DNA from: Gnetum montanum | Lineage: Eukaryota; Plantae; Gnetophyta | Reading direction: 5' to 3' | Assembly: GCA_015680685.1 (NCBI GenBank) | Contig: MNCI01002813.1 | Span: 248,001 to 312,000, forward strand | DNA length: 64,000 nt | Shown here: positions 25,171 through 38,100 of the stretch, piece by piece | Position numbering within the stretch: the stretch's first letter is position 1 | Layout: every line of letters starts with the position of its first letter | Made by a program: the position numbers and the translations under genes | The notes under the pieces: model-generated | What the model was told of the DNA's origin: nothing | The model's input: the letters and a program-made list of their open reading frames with translations, nothing else | Databases searched by the model: none

Positions 25171-28100
25171 GTGATAATGACAACAACACCCCATTGGATG
25201 AACAAGCATTCTCAACTTTTTGGATCTCCTCCTTCCAACCTAGTCATGGGATAAATAACCATCCATGCTAATCAAATAATGTGGCTCCTCATTTTCTTCA
25301 TTTTTTCTATCTTTCACCATTTTTTACATCATTTTAGTATGTTTTTCTTTTTCTTTAATATTTTACAATTTCTTTTATATTTTACTTTATTTGGTTTGTG
25401 TTTTTCTTATGTTTTCCTATATTTTCACTAGGACCAAGTGCAATTATAGGTACTAATTAATGGTGGTTTGTACTACAATGTTATTTAATTGCCAATGTCT
25501 AGATTCTATCTTTGAATTTTGATGTTGATGACTAAGATATGGCTTCTTTTCATGATAATAGATAGTGATTTCACATCATCCACTAATCCATAACACTCTA
25601 TGGTGTTTCCTCATTTTTGAAGTATGAGGTCCCTTCTTAAATGAAACATTTAACAAATTTATGACCTTGATATTTTTCAAACATGGGAAGGACTAAATGG
25701 ATAGAAAAGATGTTACTTTAAGGAGATTTAACACTGTTTATACTTTCCTACCCTCTTAGGTGCATCAATATTTTCATGGATATTTTCCATTTCTACGTTG
25801 ACCAATAACATGAAGCTAAAGTATTTGCATGGTGTGGTTCTTATCCAAAAATGGAAAACTTAAAAATAAAAATAATGGAAATTCAAAGTACATCCCTTAT
25901 TCTCAATAATAGGCTACAAACACTGGTTATGGGACTAGAAAGGAAAGTTACCCATGCCTGAAGGTCCCCTCTAACTAAGGCCCTTCTCACTTCCTACTTC
26001 TCTTTTCTCATTTTTTTTGGAATAGTGATTAATTTTTGGGGATATTCTTGTTCCTTGGAGGATGGACAAGTCTCTAAGTGTTAATGCAAATTCATTGAAA
26101 GTGGATGATTTTAATTCGGACTAAGGATCAACATTATTAGGTTATTTTAACCACAAAATCCACAAGGGACTTAATGTGATCACAATATGGAACTCTATTC
26201 CATACTCTCTCTAATCTGCCTATGATCTCTGTCACTCACCTAACTACCATTTCTCATGTTTGTTTAGTATCCTAGTTTGATATGGTCAAAATTTCATGGT
26301 GGTTTCTTTGGTGATTTGGTGCTTAACTACCATAACCATTAATAAGCCATGGGATTCACAAACTCCTTAGTTTAAGGGCATGCAAGGACATTAAGGGGAT
26401 GAGCCTACTATGGGGAGGATCCACTTGCATATTTCCTAGTTGGATTTGTTAAGTTCCTCATCCCTTTGATATTTTTGCAATCAAATCTCTCATGCTCCAC
26501 ATCAGTTGCATCCAGTAGTTCACTCCTTCATTAATTTTCTCCAAGGTAAATCTCTTATTTTGTGAATTATCAATATCTCTTCACATATTTCATCATGTTC
26601 TAGACTTCTTTGGGTTCCTCTAAACTCCAATATTATTAAAAGATTCCTTATTTTTCTTCATTTTTTAAAGTGCAAAAATTATTTGTTAATGACTATGTCA
26701 ATGTGGCCCCATCAATGCAATCTCATCAATGCAACATAAAAACACTATATATATTGGGCCACACTTTGTCATTTTTGCATATTTCTTCAAAATGAATGAG
26801 GAGGTTTTTTTTTATTTCAAGAGCTAATATCCTTGTAAAGCTCATATCTTGCTAACTGCTTATTAGGTTAATCCTATTTCTTAGTCCTACAACTACTAGA
26901 GTTGAGCTCTGCATTGTGGGGACCACAAACCTTAGGTTTTTGATGATTTTTTCTGAAATTTTTCTAACTTTCATAAAAAATTAACTAATAAAATACCATT
27001 AAAATTATTAATTCATCAAAGCTAAACCTTCCCAAAGAACTCCAGTAGTGATTTTAAAAAATAATATTAAAATAATTAATCTAAGATGATCATAACTTAG
27101 CCAAAGTGTAACAAGAAAAACAAGACAAGGTACCTAAATGTTATATGTTATGCATCAAATGCTAATCCTTGGTTATGTTGTGATTGTGGATCATTGAACT
27201 TAAAAGGAGGGGAGGGGTGAATAAGTTCCCTAAATAAAAAATTAAATGAAAAAAGCACTAAATTTAATCTAGTTCCCCAAATTGGGTAGTCCACACATGG
27301 AGAGTAGATCACAAGTACACCTTTGGACATTGTTGCTCTTAAAATGTGGTTGAAGGATCCACACCGTGTATAGTCATCAAACCCTACTTCAGAGTGTTGT
27401 ATCACAACATCAATCACTCAACCGATCAAGGTTCCATAAATCTTGAAAATGTGGTTTCAAGGATTTTAGAACCTTTACAATCTTGAACTCCACATCAGAG
27501 TGTGGTACTACAACACCAACAACTTAATCCCATAAGATCCTGACAAGCTTATGCACATCAACCCTATAGAGCAACCAGAATAATAATTACAAGGAATAAT
27601 TGTAACTCAATTTTCTAATCCTTGGACAATGAGGTACAACACACTTTATAAAGCCAAAAATAATTAGACAATGAGGAGCAATAGAGAATGCAATTGTACA
27701 ATTAATACAACAATGCTTGCTCATTTTCCAATGCACATGAAGTCTTCTTATAGCTACTATGTTTCTAAATCCTTCTTAATATTTGTGCAATGACTATCTA
27801 ACAATCACTAACGGTCATGGTAGAAGTCTTTCTAATGCCTAAGACATCTCTCTAGATTTGCCTTTAAATTTGGAAAGATGTATTTGTTTCCTAAAATATG
27901 TCTTTCTAAAGTATCTACTCTAGAAGACATCTTGGTCTTGTTGATGATGTCTTTCTAGACTTGGTCTACAATTTGTAAAGATGACTCTCCCTTGTGAAAG
28001 AACTCTTTATCTAAGAAATATGTCTTGCTATTTCTAAATACATCTCTATCTAAGTTCTCTCCAAATCTACCAAGACATTTTTTCTTTTGTAGAGACATCT

Positions 28101-28333
28101 TTCTTCACTTTCTCTTGCATGATGAATGCATCATTCCTTGTCTACAACCTTGATCTTCCATATGCTTTAATGATGTCCAATTTTCTTATATCAGATCATG
28201 TCCTTATCCATATTCTTTGGATGTTCATTTGAAGACATGTGAATGACCTCCTCTTATAAGCTCTAGGATAGTTCGTTCCTTGTCCTCTTTAGCTGATCTT
28301 GGTTTCTCATGTACGTAGTCCTACAAACATAAC

Positions 28334-29735
28334 TGTAACGATGGAAAACATCAGTCGCTAGAAATACCGAACAAAAGTCCATGTACACAATTCTAACCCT
28401 AGATCCGTGTGAGGACCATGCTAGAGACAAAAAAAATCCAAGGTGCCCTGAACGGTCTTGTCGATCAGATAGGGACTTATTTAATTAGTAAAGTGTTTGG
28501 TAATAATTTGATGGAAAAATGAAGATTCTTTATAAGGCGATGCAATGTTGTTAATCCAAAAAGCAATTGAAGACAATGCAAATGATTTAGATGAGATTGC
28601 CAAATCCGTATAACTAGGATGCAAGGGATCAGATTTGGTAGAGAATACGATCACAAGATCTAGGATTTAATTTACGAAAAGCAATATGTTTGATACAATA
28701 ATTTCAGGCGGGCTTCGGTTTGGACGAAGCACATGCCAGCAACAAGAAATTTATCTAAAGATGAAAAAATCAAGGATCAATCTACCTTGATCTAGCCAAT
28801 CTGGGCACAAGGAAGTTAGACCTAGGGGAGAATATCTAGTAGCTAATTGTTTCTAATCGAGAGTTCTTGCCAATCGCCTTTGATGTTCTCATGATCACTG
28901 ATTCTCTTTTGCTCTTTTGCCAACCTTAAAGAAAAAAATTTTCCAACCCCTTTGATCTTCATCAACTAGAGCATTTATAAGGTTAGGGTCAAGAGAAAAA
29001 TGTGGTTTAAGTGACGCATGTCTTGAACTCATAAAATGCAATTGACTCAATGTGTTTTCATTGAAGCTTACAACGCTATGCTGTGTATCGTATCGTAAAC
29101 TACCCTCATGTGGGCTTTGGAAACATATTGTCCTTTGATTATGCTATAATACACTAGAGAGCATATTTTGGTGTATGAACACTGATGTATGAATTGTGCT
29201 TGTCATTACTTGAATTACGTTGCATTACACTAAATTATGCATCATAGCGTAATTCAGTGTAAAATAACGAAACTGCAAAAGTTGAAGTATTGTTGCCATG
29301 CTTCCTTTATTTCTATCTCTTTCAGGAATTTTACTATGCTACACTACGTAAAGCAACGTAATGGGCCCCTTAACCAGGAAAGAAAACTTGCTAAAACACA
29401 CGTCATGCTGCAGATCGTTGCTTAGTCCTTGAGATTTTTATTGGGCTGTCAATATATTACATGTTTGTCATCCTTGATGCTGCAGTGGAATGTCTTTGAT
29501 ATTACACTATGCTACGTAGCATTATGCTATGTTGTGTAATGTAGCATAATATGTTAAATGTTGAGATTTTGAAAGATGGAAAATTCATGAAGTGAAAGTC
29601 TTACCACCGTGCACTTATTGTTTTGTTTTGTCTCATGAAGTTCATCTATACTGTGTTGTGCCTTGTCACGACTTCTTGCTTGGGTCGCTAGATTTTTTTA
29701 CTTGGTCGAGGCTTCAAAAATTTTATGGTGTTTCA
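28334..29735 (-). repeat. 3' LTR of T1 (1402 bp)
   Basis: Collinear with 44237-45625; followed on the plus strand by atggcccctctttg (minus-strand PPT caaagaggggccat). Confidence 0.95.
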
Positions 29736-29749
29736 ATGGCCCCTCTTTG
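29736..29749 (-). promoter_or_regulatory. Polypurine tract of T1
   Basis: rc caaagaggggccat abuts the TG of the 3' LTR. Confidence 0.75.
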
Positions 29750-31299
29750 TTGACGTTTAGAGGGCTTTCCCGAATGATGTCGACAAAGAATACGAATGAA
29801 CAAAGAGGTAAAGGCACCAACAACGTCTGTTAGAGATTGCTCAAATGTTACTTTGCCAAACCTGGGAGTGCCAAGGTAGGTTAGGGAAGGAAGCATAGAA
29901 GGGATTTTACAAGAGTAAAAGGAAGGAGGTTCAGTGAAGACTCAAGCATGTGAATATGAAACTTTTGCAAACAAGTTGTAGCATCCTTCTACGAATGTAT
30001 TTGCAAGAGGTTACGTTGTCATACTGTATATGGAGGGCTTGCGTGGATGAGTTGTGTTACACCCGTGTGACCTGGATGAGCTGTTTTACATCCATTTTTT
30101 TAAACTTTGATCCTTTTTTTAATTAGATTCCACTTAGGCGAGTTGCGTTACGCTAGTTCATGGACATGAAGATGCAAAAGAGTGTTGCTTGAATATTCAT
30201 GCTCTGTAAAAGCAAGGAAAAAGGTAACAATGGTCATGAGGACAAAGGAATGGGAAAATGAAATAATGGATCGAATGGAGGGAGAGGTAGGATTTTCACT
30301 CATAGGTGGCTAGGCTAGTTTGAGCAATCGCTTCGAGATGCTATGATACCTTACTTGCTAATGAATGCACTCTCGATCAATGCTATCATAGCAAGTAACC
30401 TCTAAAACATAACAAAGAGCAGAGCATAGAAGCAATCGTCCTAATCACTAAGGAGGGAGGCTATTGAAACAAGCACCATCCAAAGCAAAAAGGAGAGCAT
30501 AGACCATGAAATAGGGACCATGATGGGGAGCAAGTGTCCCAATGTTGGTGCTGTGGTTCATGAAACTGTCATTGACAACCAGATTCATGTTGCCTCAATG
30601 ATTGGGCAAAGAACAAGTTCGATGAATCTACTAGGTTGGAGTTTAGTGACGATGATGGATGGAGGTCGCTGAGACTGTAGACGATCGTAGTTTCTTCATG
30701 GCCCCAAGCAATGAAATTGATCCTAGGAGGTGTAGCTACAAAGAGGCCGTTGTAGCAACATCTCCAAGGGATCAGTAGTATGCCTTTCGACATGTCTGAG
30801 GAATCAGCAAAATGCTGGCGGGGTAACAACGTTGTGTCTATCCCAACGCCTTACCTATTCTATCTGGTAGGAATGCTGTGCAAGAATGACCATGCTCGCT
30901 TGCTTCATGGAATTCTTGGCTGATTCCATTTTTGAGTCCTGGTTGATTATCGTTGCTGGTTTTAAGCCTCAATAGGCCGTGGTCCCAGTTTAACATTTGG
31001 GCAGACTGCAAGATCTATTTTATGGTCCCAGCGGACCATGCTGTGGGTGTAAGTTTTATGTCATGACCTAGGGAAAAGTATGTGCTAATTTAGCATCTCA
31101 GCAGACGTATGCTTACCTTTCCAGTTTCACGTCATGGTGGATGGTCAAAAATTTTTCTAGTTTAGCATCTTGGTGGACGTGTGCAAGAAGTGCCAGTTTT
31201 ACATCGTAGCGAATGTGTACAACTTTGCCAATTTTACGTCATAGAAGATTTTTATTACCTTGTGTTTGTGCCGAGTTGATGCCTAGATGTAATATTGTT

Positions 31300-32560
31300 T
31301 CAAGTACAGATGGTTCACTATGTTTGAGTGCTCTTTGCCATCAATGTCTACTATCTTGAATGCTCCGTTGTTGTATGCATCGATGACCAGGAAAGGGCCT
31401 TCTTAGTATGTAGAGAACTTGCCTATTGGTTCATGAATGGCCTTGAGAACTAAGTCTCCTTTCTTGATCAGTTTTTGATGCAGGTTGTGTCGATGCTTCT
31501 GCCTTTGTTTATCTTGATATCTCTTGATGGTGTCAAGCATCTGGATGCGTTTCTCCTCCACTGAGTCTAAATCCACGATTCTAGACTCATTTTGCTAAGC
31601 CTTATTTATAATCATGGATAGGACCATCCACAATGAGGGAACCTATAATTCCAAGGGCAACACTGCTTCGGACCCATAGACTAGACTGTAGGGCATCCTA
31701 TCTGTAGCCGTTTTACATGTTGTACGATACGCCCATAGCACGTAGAGGATTTTTTCATGCCACCATTTTTTGTTAATATTGAGCATCTTCTTAAGTAGAT
31801 TGATAATCACCTTATTTTTCTCCTCTGCTTGACCATTTTCTTGTGGGTAATAAGGTGAAGAAAAAGATTGCTTGATACCAAGGTTATTGCAAAAAGATTT
31901 GGTTTCTGTGCTACAAAATTATGGCCCATTTTTGGTCACAATAGTCATAGGGAGCCCAAATCTAGTTACAATATTATCTAAGATGAAATGGAAAACTTGT
32001 TGAGATGTAATCTTCCATAAGGGGATAGCCTCTACCCACTTCATAAAATATTTGGTGGTGGTGATAATGAAGCTATGTCCTATGGAAGATTTGGGTGTGA
32101 TGGGACCTATGATGTCTAGCCCCCATTGCTGGAATGGCCAAGTGATCTGTGTAGTATGCAACTCAGTTGGTGACATGTGTATTAGATTTGCGTAACGCTG
32201 GCATGTGTCACACGTCTTAACCTTGGAAAGGTAGTCTTTTTCCATGTACGGCCAATAAAACCCTAGGCATATGATTTTAGCAGTCATTACTTGCAGGGCT
32301 ACGTGTCCTCCGTATAGCCCTTCATGAACTTTGTTAACTATTCACTATGCTTGGTCACTGTTAATGTAGGTAAGCAATACTCCATCGAAGGAGCATCTAC
32401 AAAGAGTACTATCTCCAAGGATGATGTATTGCTTGGCACGCTTGCGCACTACATCCTTTTACGCATGTGTTAGCTCGTGTAGTGGTTCGCCATTCAGAAG
32501 GTAAGTTTTAATGTTGTCATACCATTCTAACATTCCTTCCACGTTTAATGAAGAAATATA
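31300..32560 (-). pseudogene. T1 integrase
   Basis: VHEGLYGGH..GFYWPYMEKD..KTCDTCQRY..WPFQQWGLDIIGPI..KWVEAIPL..RFGLPMTIVTKNG; SPYYPQENGQAE; C-terminal GPF motif near 31395. Confidence 0.9.
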
Positions 32561-32599
32561 CACCACTTGAATGAAAATCTTTGTACATTCTATCATTAA

Positions 32600-33020
32600 A
32601 GTAGGCCAAATGGCAACCAAGTGTGGTGGCATGTTTAACGCCAGTGTTGCCAGTGCATCGGCAACAACATTTTCCTTGCGCGGCATGTGTTGAGCATCTA
32701 TTGTCATGAATTGTTTCAGGAGATCTTTAGCCATATCGTAGTAGGGCTATAGGTGCATAGCCTTGCAAGTGTAGACTCCTGTGATTTGATTGATGATGAG
32801 CATCGAATTACCTCAAATTGCCAAGTGTTGAACTTTAAGTTCTCTAGCTTTCAACAACCCTCTGAGGAGCCCCTCATACTTTGCCATGTTGTTCGTACAA
32901 GGGAATGTCAGGCAGTAAGCCGATGGCTGTACATCCTAAGGGGTAAGTGTAATGATAGTGGCAGCACTACCACCTCTAGTAGTTGAAGCTCTATCAAAGT
33001 ATAACATCACTTCGAGGCCT
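32600..33020 (-). pseudogene. T1 additional (archaeal-type) RNase H, aRH
   Basis: MLYFDRASTTRGGSAATIITLTP..YCLTFPCTNNMAKYEGLLRGL..GNSMLIINQITG..HMPRKENVVADALATLA. An aRH domain is diagnostic of Tat elements. Confidence 0.9.
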
Positions 33021-33049
33021 ATTGACACAGGGCTTAAACTATGTACATT

Positions 33050-34571
33050 CTCATCTGGGAATTCTGGCTCTATCGTAGCTTGATCTTTAGTGGGCGATGT
33101 TGCTAGTTGGTCAGCTATGGCCTAACCTTTTGTGGAAAATTGGCTGACATAATGTGAATCAAATTTGGCCATGATGGTGTTCCAATAAGCTATCCTGCTA
33201 CTCTCATATAAGTTGTTTGAGATAGCTCACAGAACATTGCTTTTACAGATTATATTGACCTGACTATGGAAAAGATAATGCCTAAATTTTTTAAGTGTGA
33301 AAACTAATGCCAAACAGTTACACTCTACTTCATTATACCTTGTCTCGTATGAAAATAGAGCATGACTGAGGTAATAGATAGGGGCTTCAGACCCATCGTT
33401 CCTTTTTTGGTACAGTAACATAGCTATGGACACATCTGAGCTTGATAGATAGATGTAAAAAGGTTGATCCCTTTGTGGTGGGAAAACCATTTGCAAATGT
33501 TGTAACTCCTTTTTTAAATTGTCAAATGTATGCTGGTAGTCATTGGTCCATTCAAAATTAACACCCTTCTTAAGAAGGTGTTGCATGGGATATAATTTAT
33601 CTATTAATTTCGAGATGAACTACCTAATGAACTGAAGTTTGCCTTGCAACCCATGTAGTTCCTTGAGGTTTGTAGGTGGTGTTAAATCAATGATGGCCTT
33701 GACCTTGTCAGGGTCGACTCAGATGCTAGTCTTTGATACCACAAACCCCAACATGCATCCGATTTTGACTCCGAATATTCATTTCTTTGGGTTAAGCCAT
33801 AATTCATGCTTAAGGCATCATTTAAGGACTAAATCCAAGTCTTCTAAATGATCTTCAAACTTTATAGACTTGGTAGCTATGTCATCTACGTAGTCATTCA
33901 GTCTTCCTAAAAGATAGTCACTAAAGATGTATGTCATGGCCCATTAATACATCGCCCCAGTGCTTTTTAGCCTAAAAGGCATCATAGTGTAACACAAGGT
34001 CCCCCAGGGTGTCGTGAATGTTGTGGTCAACTGATGCTCTAGGTTTATGCGAATTTGATTATAACCTGAGAAACCATCCATGAAGGATAGAAGCACATGA
34101 CTAGCTATTGTGTCGATCAGTTGGTCGATACTGGGTAATGTGAAATTATCCTTAATCATAGCTTTATTTAGATCCCAAAAGTCTATGCAAATGCATATAC
34201 CTCCCATTTTTTTAGAGACAACTATGATGTTGGACACCCAGTCTNGCAACGTTGTTTTGGAGTACTCACATTATGCCACTCTATGTTTGTTGGTCTAAAA
34301 GGGAACTAACCCTAAGAGTTTTATTCTCAGCTTTGTGCGTAACCATAGGGACCTCGTTGAGAGGATCCTCGATCACATCACCAGCCTCCAGGTCTAGAGT
34401 ACGGGCCAAATGTTCTAGCCAATCTGGGGATATCTTCGATGTTGCTATGGTTATGTCACAAGGGGTAGGTTCTATTTCTATCAGCATGTAGTTAAACTAT
34501 CTAATGGTTTCCTCGTATGGGCCTGTTAAGGCTAATGATGCGGATAAATCTACATCCATTTGCAAATTTCC
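33050..34571 (-). pseudogene. T1 reverse transcriptase plus Ty3 RNase H
   Basis: WVSNIIVVSKKMGGICICIDFWDLNKA..FMDGFSGYNQI..TPWGTLCYTMMPF; YVDD (~33885); RH PIYYLSH..ETRYNEVECNCLAL. Confidence 0.95.
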
Positions 34572-35124
34572 CTGCAAAAGAAAACATCAAAAAAGGAAGT
34601 TGTTACATTATTTTTCTGCTAATAGGTTGAGCGATAAGAGTTTGTTTTTGTCTTTTTAGCGTTAAAGAGGATTCCATTTTAAGGTCTTAGTGGACCATTA
34701 CAATGAGATAATAACAAGCCTGGCTTCCTAGATGCTGGCGTATGAAATAAAATGAAAAGTGTAACGTGACATGTCTAGCGTGTTGTGAAATTTAAATTTC
34801 TGTACAATCCGTAGTTAATGTGAGCAAATTACAAGATGATAAATGTATTATTTTAAGGTAATTTTGGAATTAAATCTACATGATATCAATGAAATTAATG
34901 CCCTAATCTTTGCATTTCAAGTCATACTGACATTGGCATTTCGGGAAAGTTTCGCATCGATCGGACAGAAAGAAAAAATTAGTTTCAAGAATTTTGTTTA
35001 TAAACCAATGGTTCATACTCAAGACAGGTTATAGATATTGCAAATTTGGATGTAGGCTATTGTAGAGGAGGAGTAGAAGCAAGGTGTAAATAGGAGAGTT
35101 ACGAAAACTTATTCAATTGCAATC

Positions 35125-38100
35125 ATGGCACCAAAGGTTAAGGGAAAGAACGCTAAACTGGCTAGGATTGAAGAAGTGCAAGAGAGTCTGCAACAGTCTT
35201 TGCTAGCCAGATTCGAGACACCAGAAGCTACTCCACTTAACCGGTAAGTGGTCATTCACCCTTTTGCACTATTATCATATTTTTTGCAGCGTCATAGTTG
35301 TGTATTATTTTCCTGAATGTATATGTTACATTAAGTGTTAATATTTGTTTACATGGGCTGAGCTATTGTGGTTTGTGGTATTACCGTCATCTTTGCTATT
35401 GGAGATGAACCTCATATTGTTATGAGGGTTTAGTTAATATTGGATAATACTGGACAAACTTTGTGTATAATCGGAAGATCTCGATATTATATTTTGTAGG
35501 TAGTGTAATCAGATTTTTTTTCCTTTCCTCTATTCCCTTAATAGTTGCATGTTACGATGGAATAATACGTAGTGTTGCCTTCATCATCATTGTCAGAGAT
35601 AAACCTTGAGCTATTGCAAGGGTTCGGGTTATTCTGGCTATGCATTTCCAGTGAAATCTACAATTTTTTGGGAATCAGTCGAACCCTATTATAGCGTGAT
35701 GAATATTTATGTTCAAATGCTTTGTCTAATGTCAAGATGTTTTCATTGTACAATATCATGTTAAAGCCTATCCTAATTGTTTTGGACATTGTGGGCATTT
35801 TGTGCTACATGCATGTTCCCGCGGCCAATGTTCCTCCTCCTCATGCTTATATAAAGGGGGAGGTGGTATGGTTTCGAAGAGGCGCATGAGAGTTCCTATA
35901 GTTTCTACTACGTAACTACAGTGTAATCATTTGGTTGCATCTACCAGGTGATGTATCTATCACCATTTTGGAGATGTTATTGGTCGATTTGACGTAGGGA
36001 GTCTTGGGGTTCCTAACAAATGGTAGGATTGAGACTGTGCAAGTGCAAGACCATGAACAAAGCGTCAAAGGTATGAGGTGTTTGAGTTGGATCTGGGAGG
36101 TGCCCAGATTCAACTGCTATCACTACTACAATACTTTATTCATGGCCTATCACCTCACAACCTATTTCCAGAATCCCCCTGGTACTCTGCATTATGTTGG
36201 CGAGTAAGAATCTAGATTTTTTTGTCCATTCGATGTGTGTTAGCCTGCTAACTGTTGTTTGGATTTACATCTAGCTTAAATAATTTTCCCTTTTTCTATG
36301 ATTTAGATTCTATATCAATGACAACAGTCTCATGGGTAATAGTGATACCTTATCATTGACCGAAAGGGCTATTAGTGAATTTACTGCTATTAGCAATGTA
36401 CAGGCCGCTATCATGGAACAACTAGCATTTGAAATTACAGACTACCCAACCTGCTACATTGACTTCTTTGCTAGATGTAAAAATTTTAGATGGATGGATA
36501 GGGAGTGGACCTTAGATCCTCCCCTCACTATCGCCGATGTCCGATGGATAATCCCTCCATTTTCTTTGCCATTCAAACCTAGTAAACTTCGTTATGATGA
36601 TGAATTATGTCAATGTTATTAGTTAACGATGATGTGTGAGGTTGTCTTATTTTATTTTTTTTTCAATCTTGACTTAGCTATTGTTTTACATATGTAGTCA
36701 AGGAATCACAAGAAATCATGATCATGGCCTCTGGTCGTGATGCAAGCAATATCTTTTTCCACTATGGTGACATAAAGGAGACATAATGTTGGCTCAGCCA
36801 TAGAGCGGCCCCTGCTGTTCTGACCAATAACCTTCTGGAGGTTGAGATAATGGACCTGTTCTTGGCCATAACCCTTGATGTTACTATAAGTGAAATTTTG
36901 ACCCTATTCAACTCCTTTAGTGAGGAAGCCGAGTGTCTCTACGTATGTGTGTGTAATGTGTGTGTAAATTTTGACATCGACCCTTAGTTGTTCACTGTTC
37001 TCTTCGAGGTCCCCTCCAATGGATTTCCTGTAGAGAAAAATTCAAAGAGGAGTGCCAAATGCTAGGAAGGGATAGAGGAGTGGCTAGGGGTTAAGAAAGA
37101 GACCAAAGTGATTCTTGCTGATGGGACTGAGTTGGTGGTGGCCCACACTATTTACCCCATATTCTGAGCTCAAACCTTCCCCAAGACACTCTCCTAAGGG
37201 AGATTCCTCACTATAGAACAAGGTCACATTATGTGAGAGGTCATGGAGGAGGGGACGCAATTCAATTGGGCCAACTATTTTGCCAAAGGCATGCACGTTG
37301 AAATGGTCAAGCTTTGCAAGAAGCTTGAGTCCCATTTCAATGTGCATTTTACCTTTTTCATAGCTTGCTTTCAGTGCTTTGCCAAGTTTCTAGTTGTCCA
37401 ACGAGATGGAGTCTGGATGTAGCAGGACCTTGAATAGATTTCTAAACCATGGATTTCCCATATTTTCGGCACCATCTGGTCATAGGACCCTCCTAAGGGG
37501 ATTGGGAAGTCATTATTTGTAACAACTAGGGACATGGTAACACCTCGAATGTAGGGTCCATACAGCATGGGTGGGGAACTCCCGTCTTATACTAGTGATG
37601 CGTCAAGGGGGAAGTGCTTGGCAGTTGAGATAGTGGACCCATCAGTGCCTCGAAAGAAACCTCGTTTGACTGAGGAATCTACCAAGCCAACAAGTAGTGT
37701 AAGGAAAAAGATGCAGGTCAAATTTTGGAGCAGTAATCCTCCAGCAAGTAAGCAGAGGAACATGGTAATGGTTACATCTATGTTGTGTATAGACACTTTT
37801 ATGTCACAATTAATTGAACTAGAGTAGAATTTTTTTTTAATTGGAAACATTATATGAAAGTGAAGGAGAGGGTTGTAGAAAGGTTAATCCCTGAAATGGG
37901 TGCTATGGTTTTATGACGCGAGGAGGAGACCCTGGCCTTGGAAGAGGAGGCTGCTATAGTCAATCAAGCAAGTAGTGCATAGGTTCCTACGCATGAGAAG
38001 GGAGTAGCTGTGGAAGATGCCAAAGTCCCTTTGGCTCAGACAAGGAGAGGTAAATGTTTGGTAACTCAGTTAGGCTAGCTTTCACAGCGTACTCGACTCT

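Larger units (their letters stand above)
17270..27184 (+). mobile_element. Decayed Athila-like Ty3/gypsy retrotransposon (copy G2); boundaries approximate
   Basis: LTR-like 17270-18300; gag 19300-19750; PR KALLDSNFGMNLI (21860); RT NHFPFSFVD*VLD..FLDDSSDYNQIQIAPND*VKTTF..VLMDDFSIYG (22890-23180); RH TNAS..YTTIEKEL; INT H..C..GYYWP..CEHCQ..WGINFKGP (24150-25150). No additional RNase H seen. Confidence 0.85.

Noticed and set aside
30200-31250. Possible extra ORF or env between INT and the 3' LTR of T1
   Set aside because: Only short ORFs, no recognisable motif, and no second copy in the window to test conservation.
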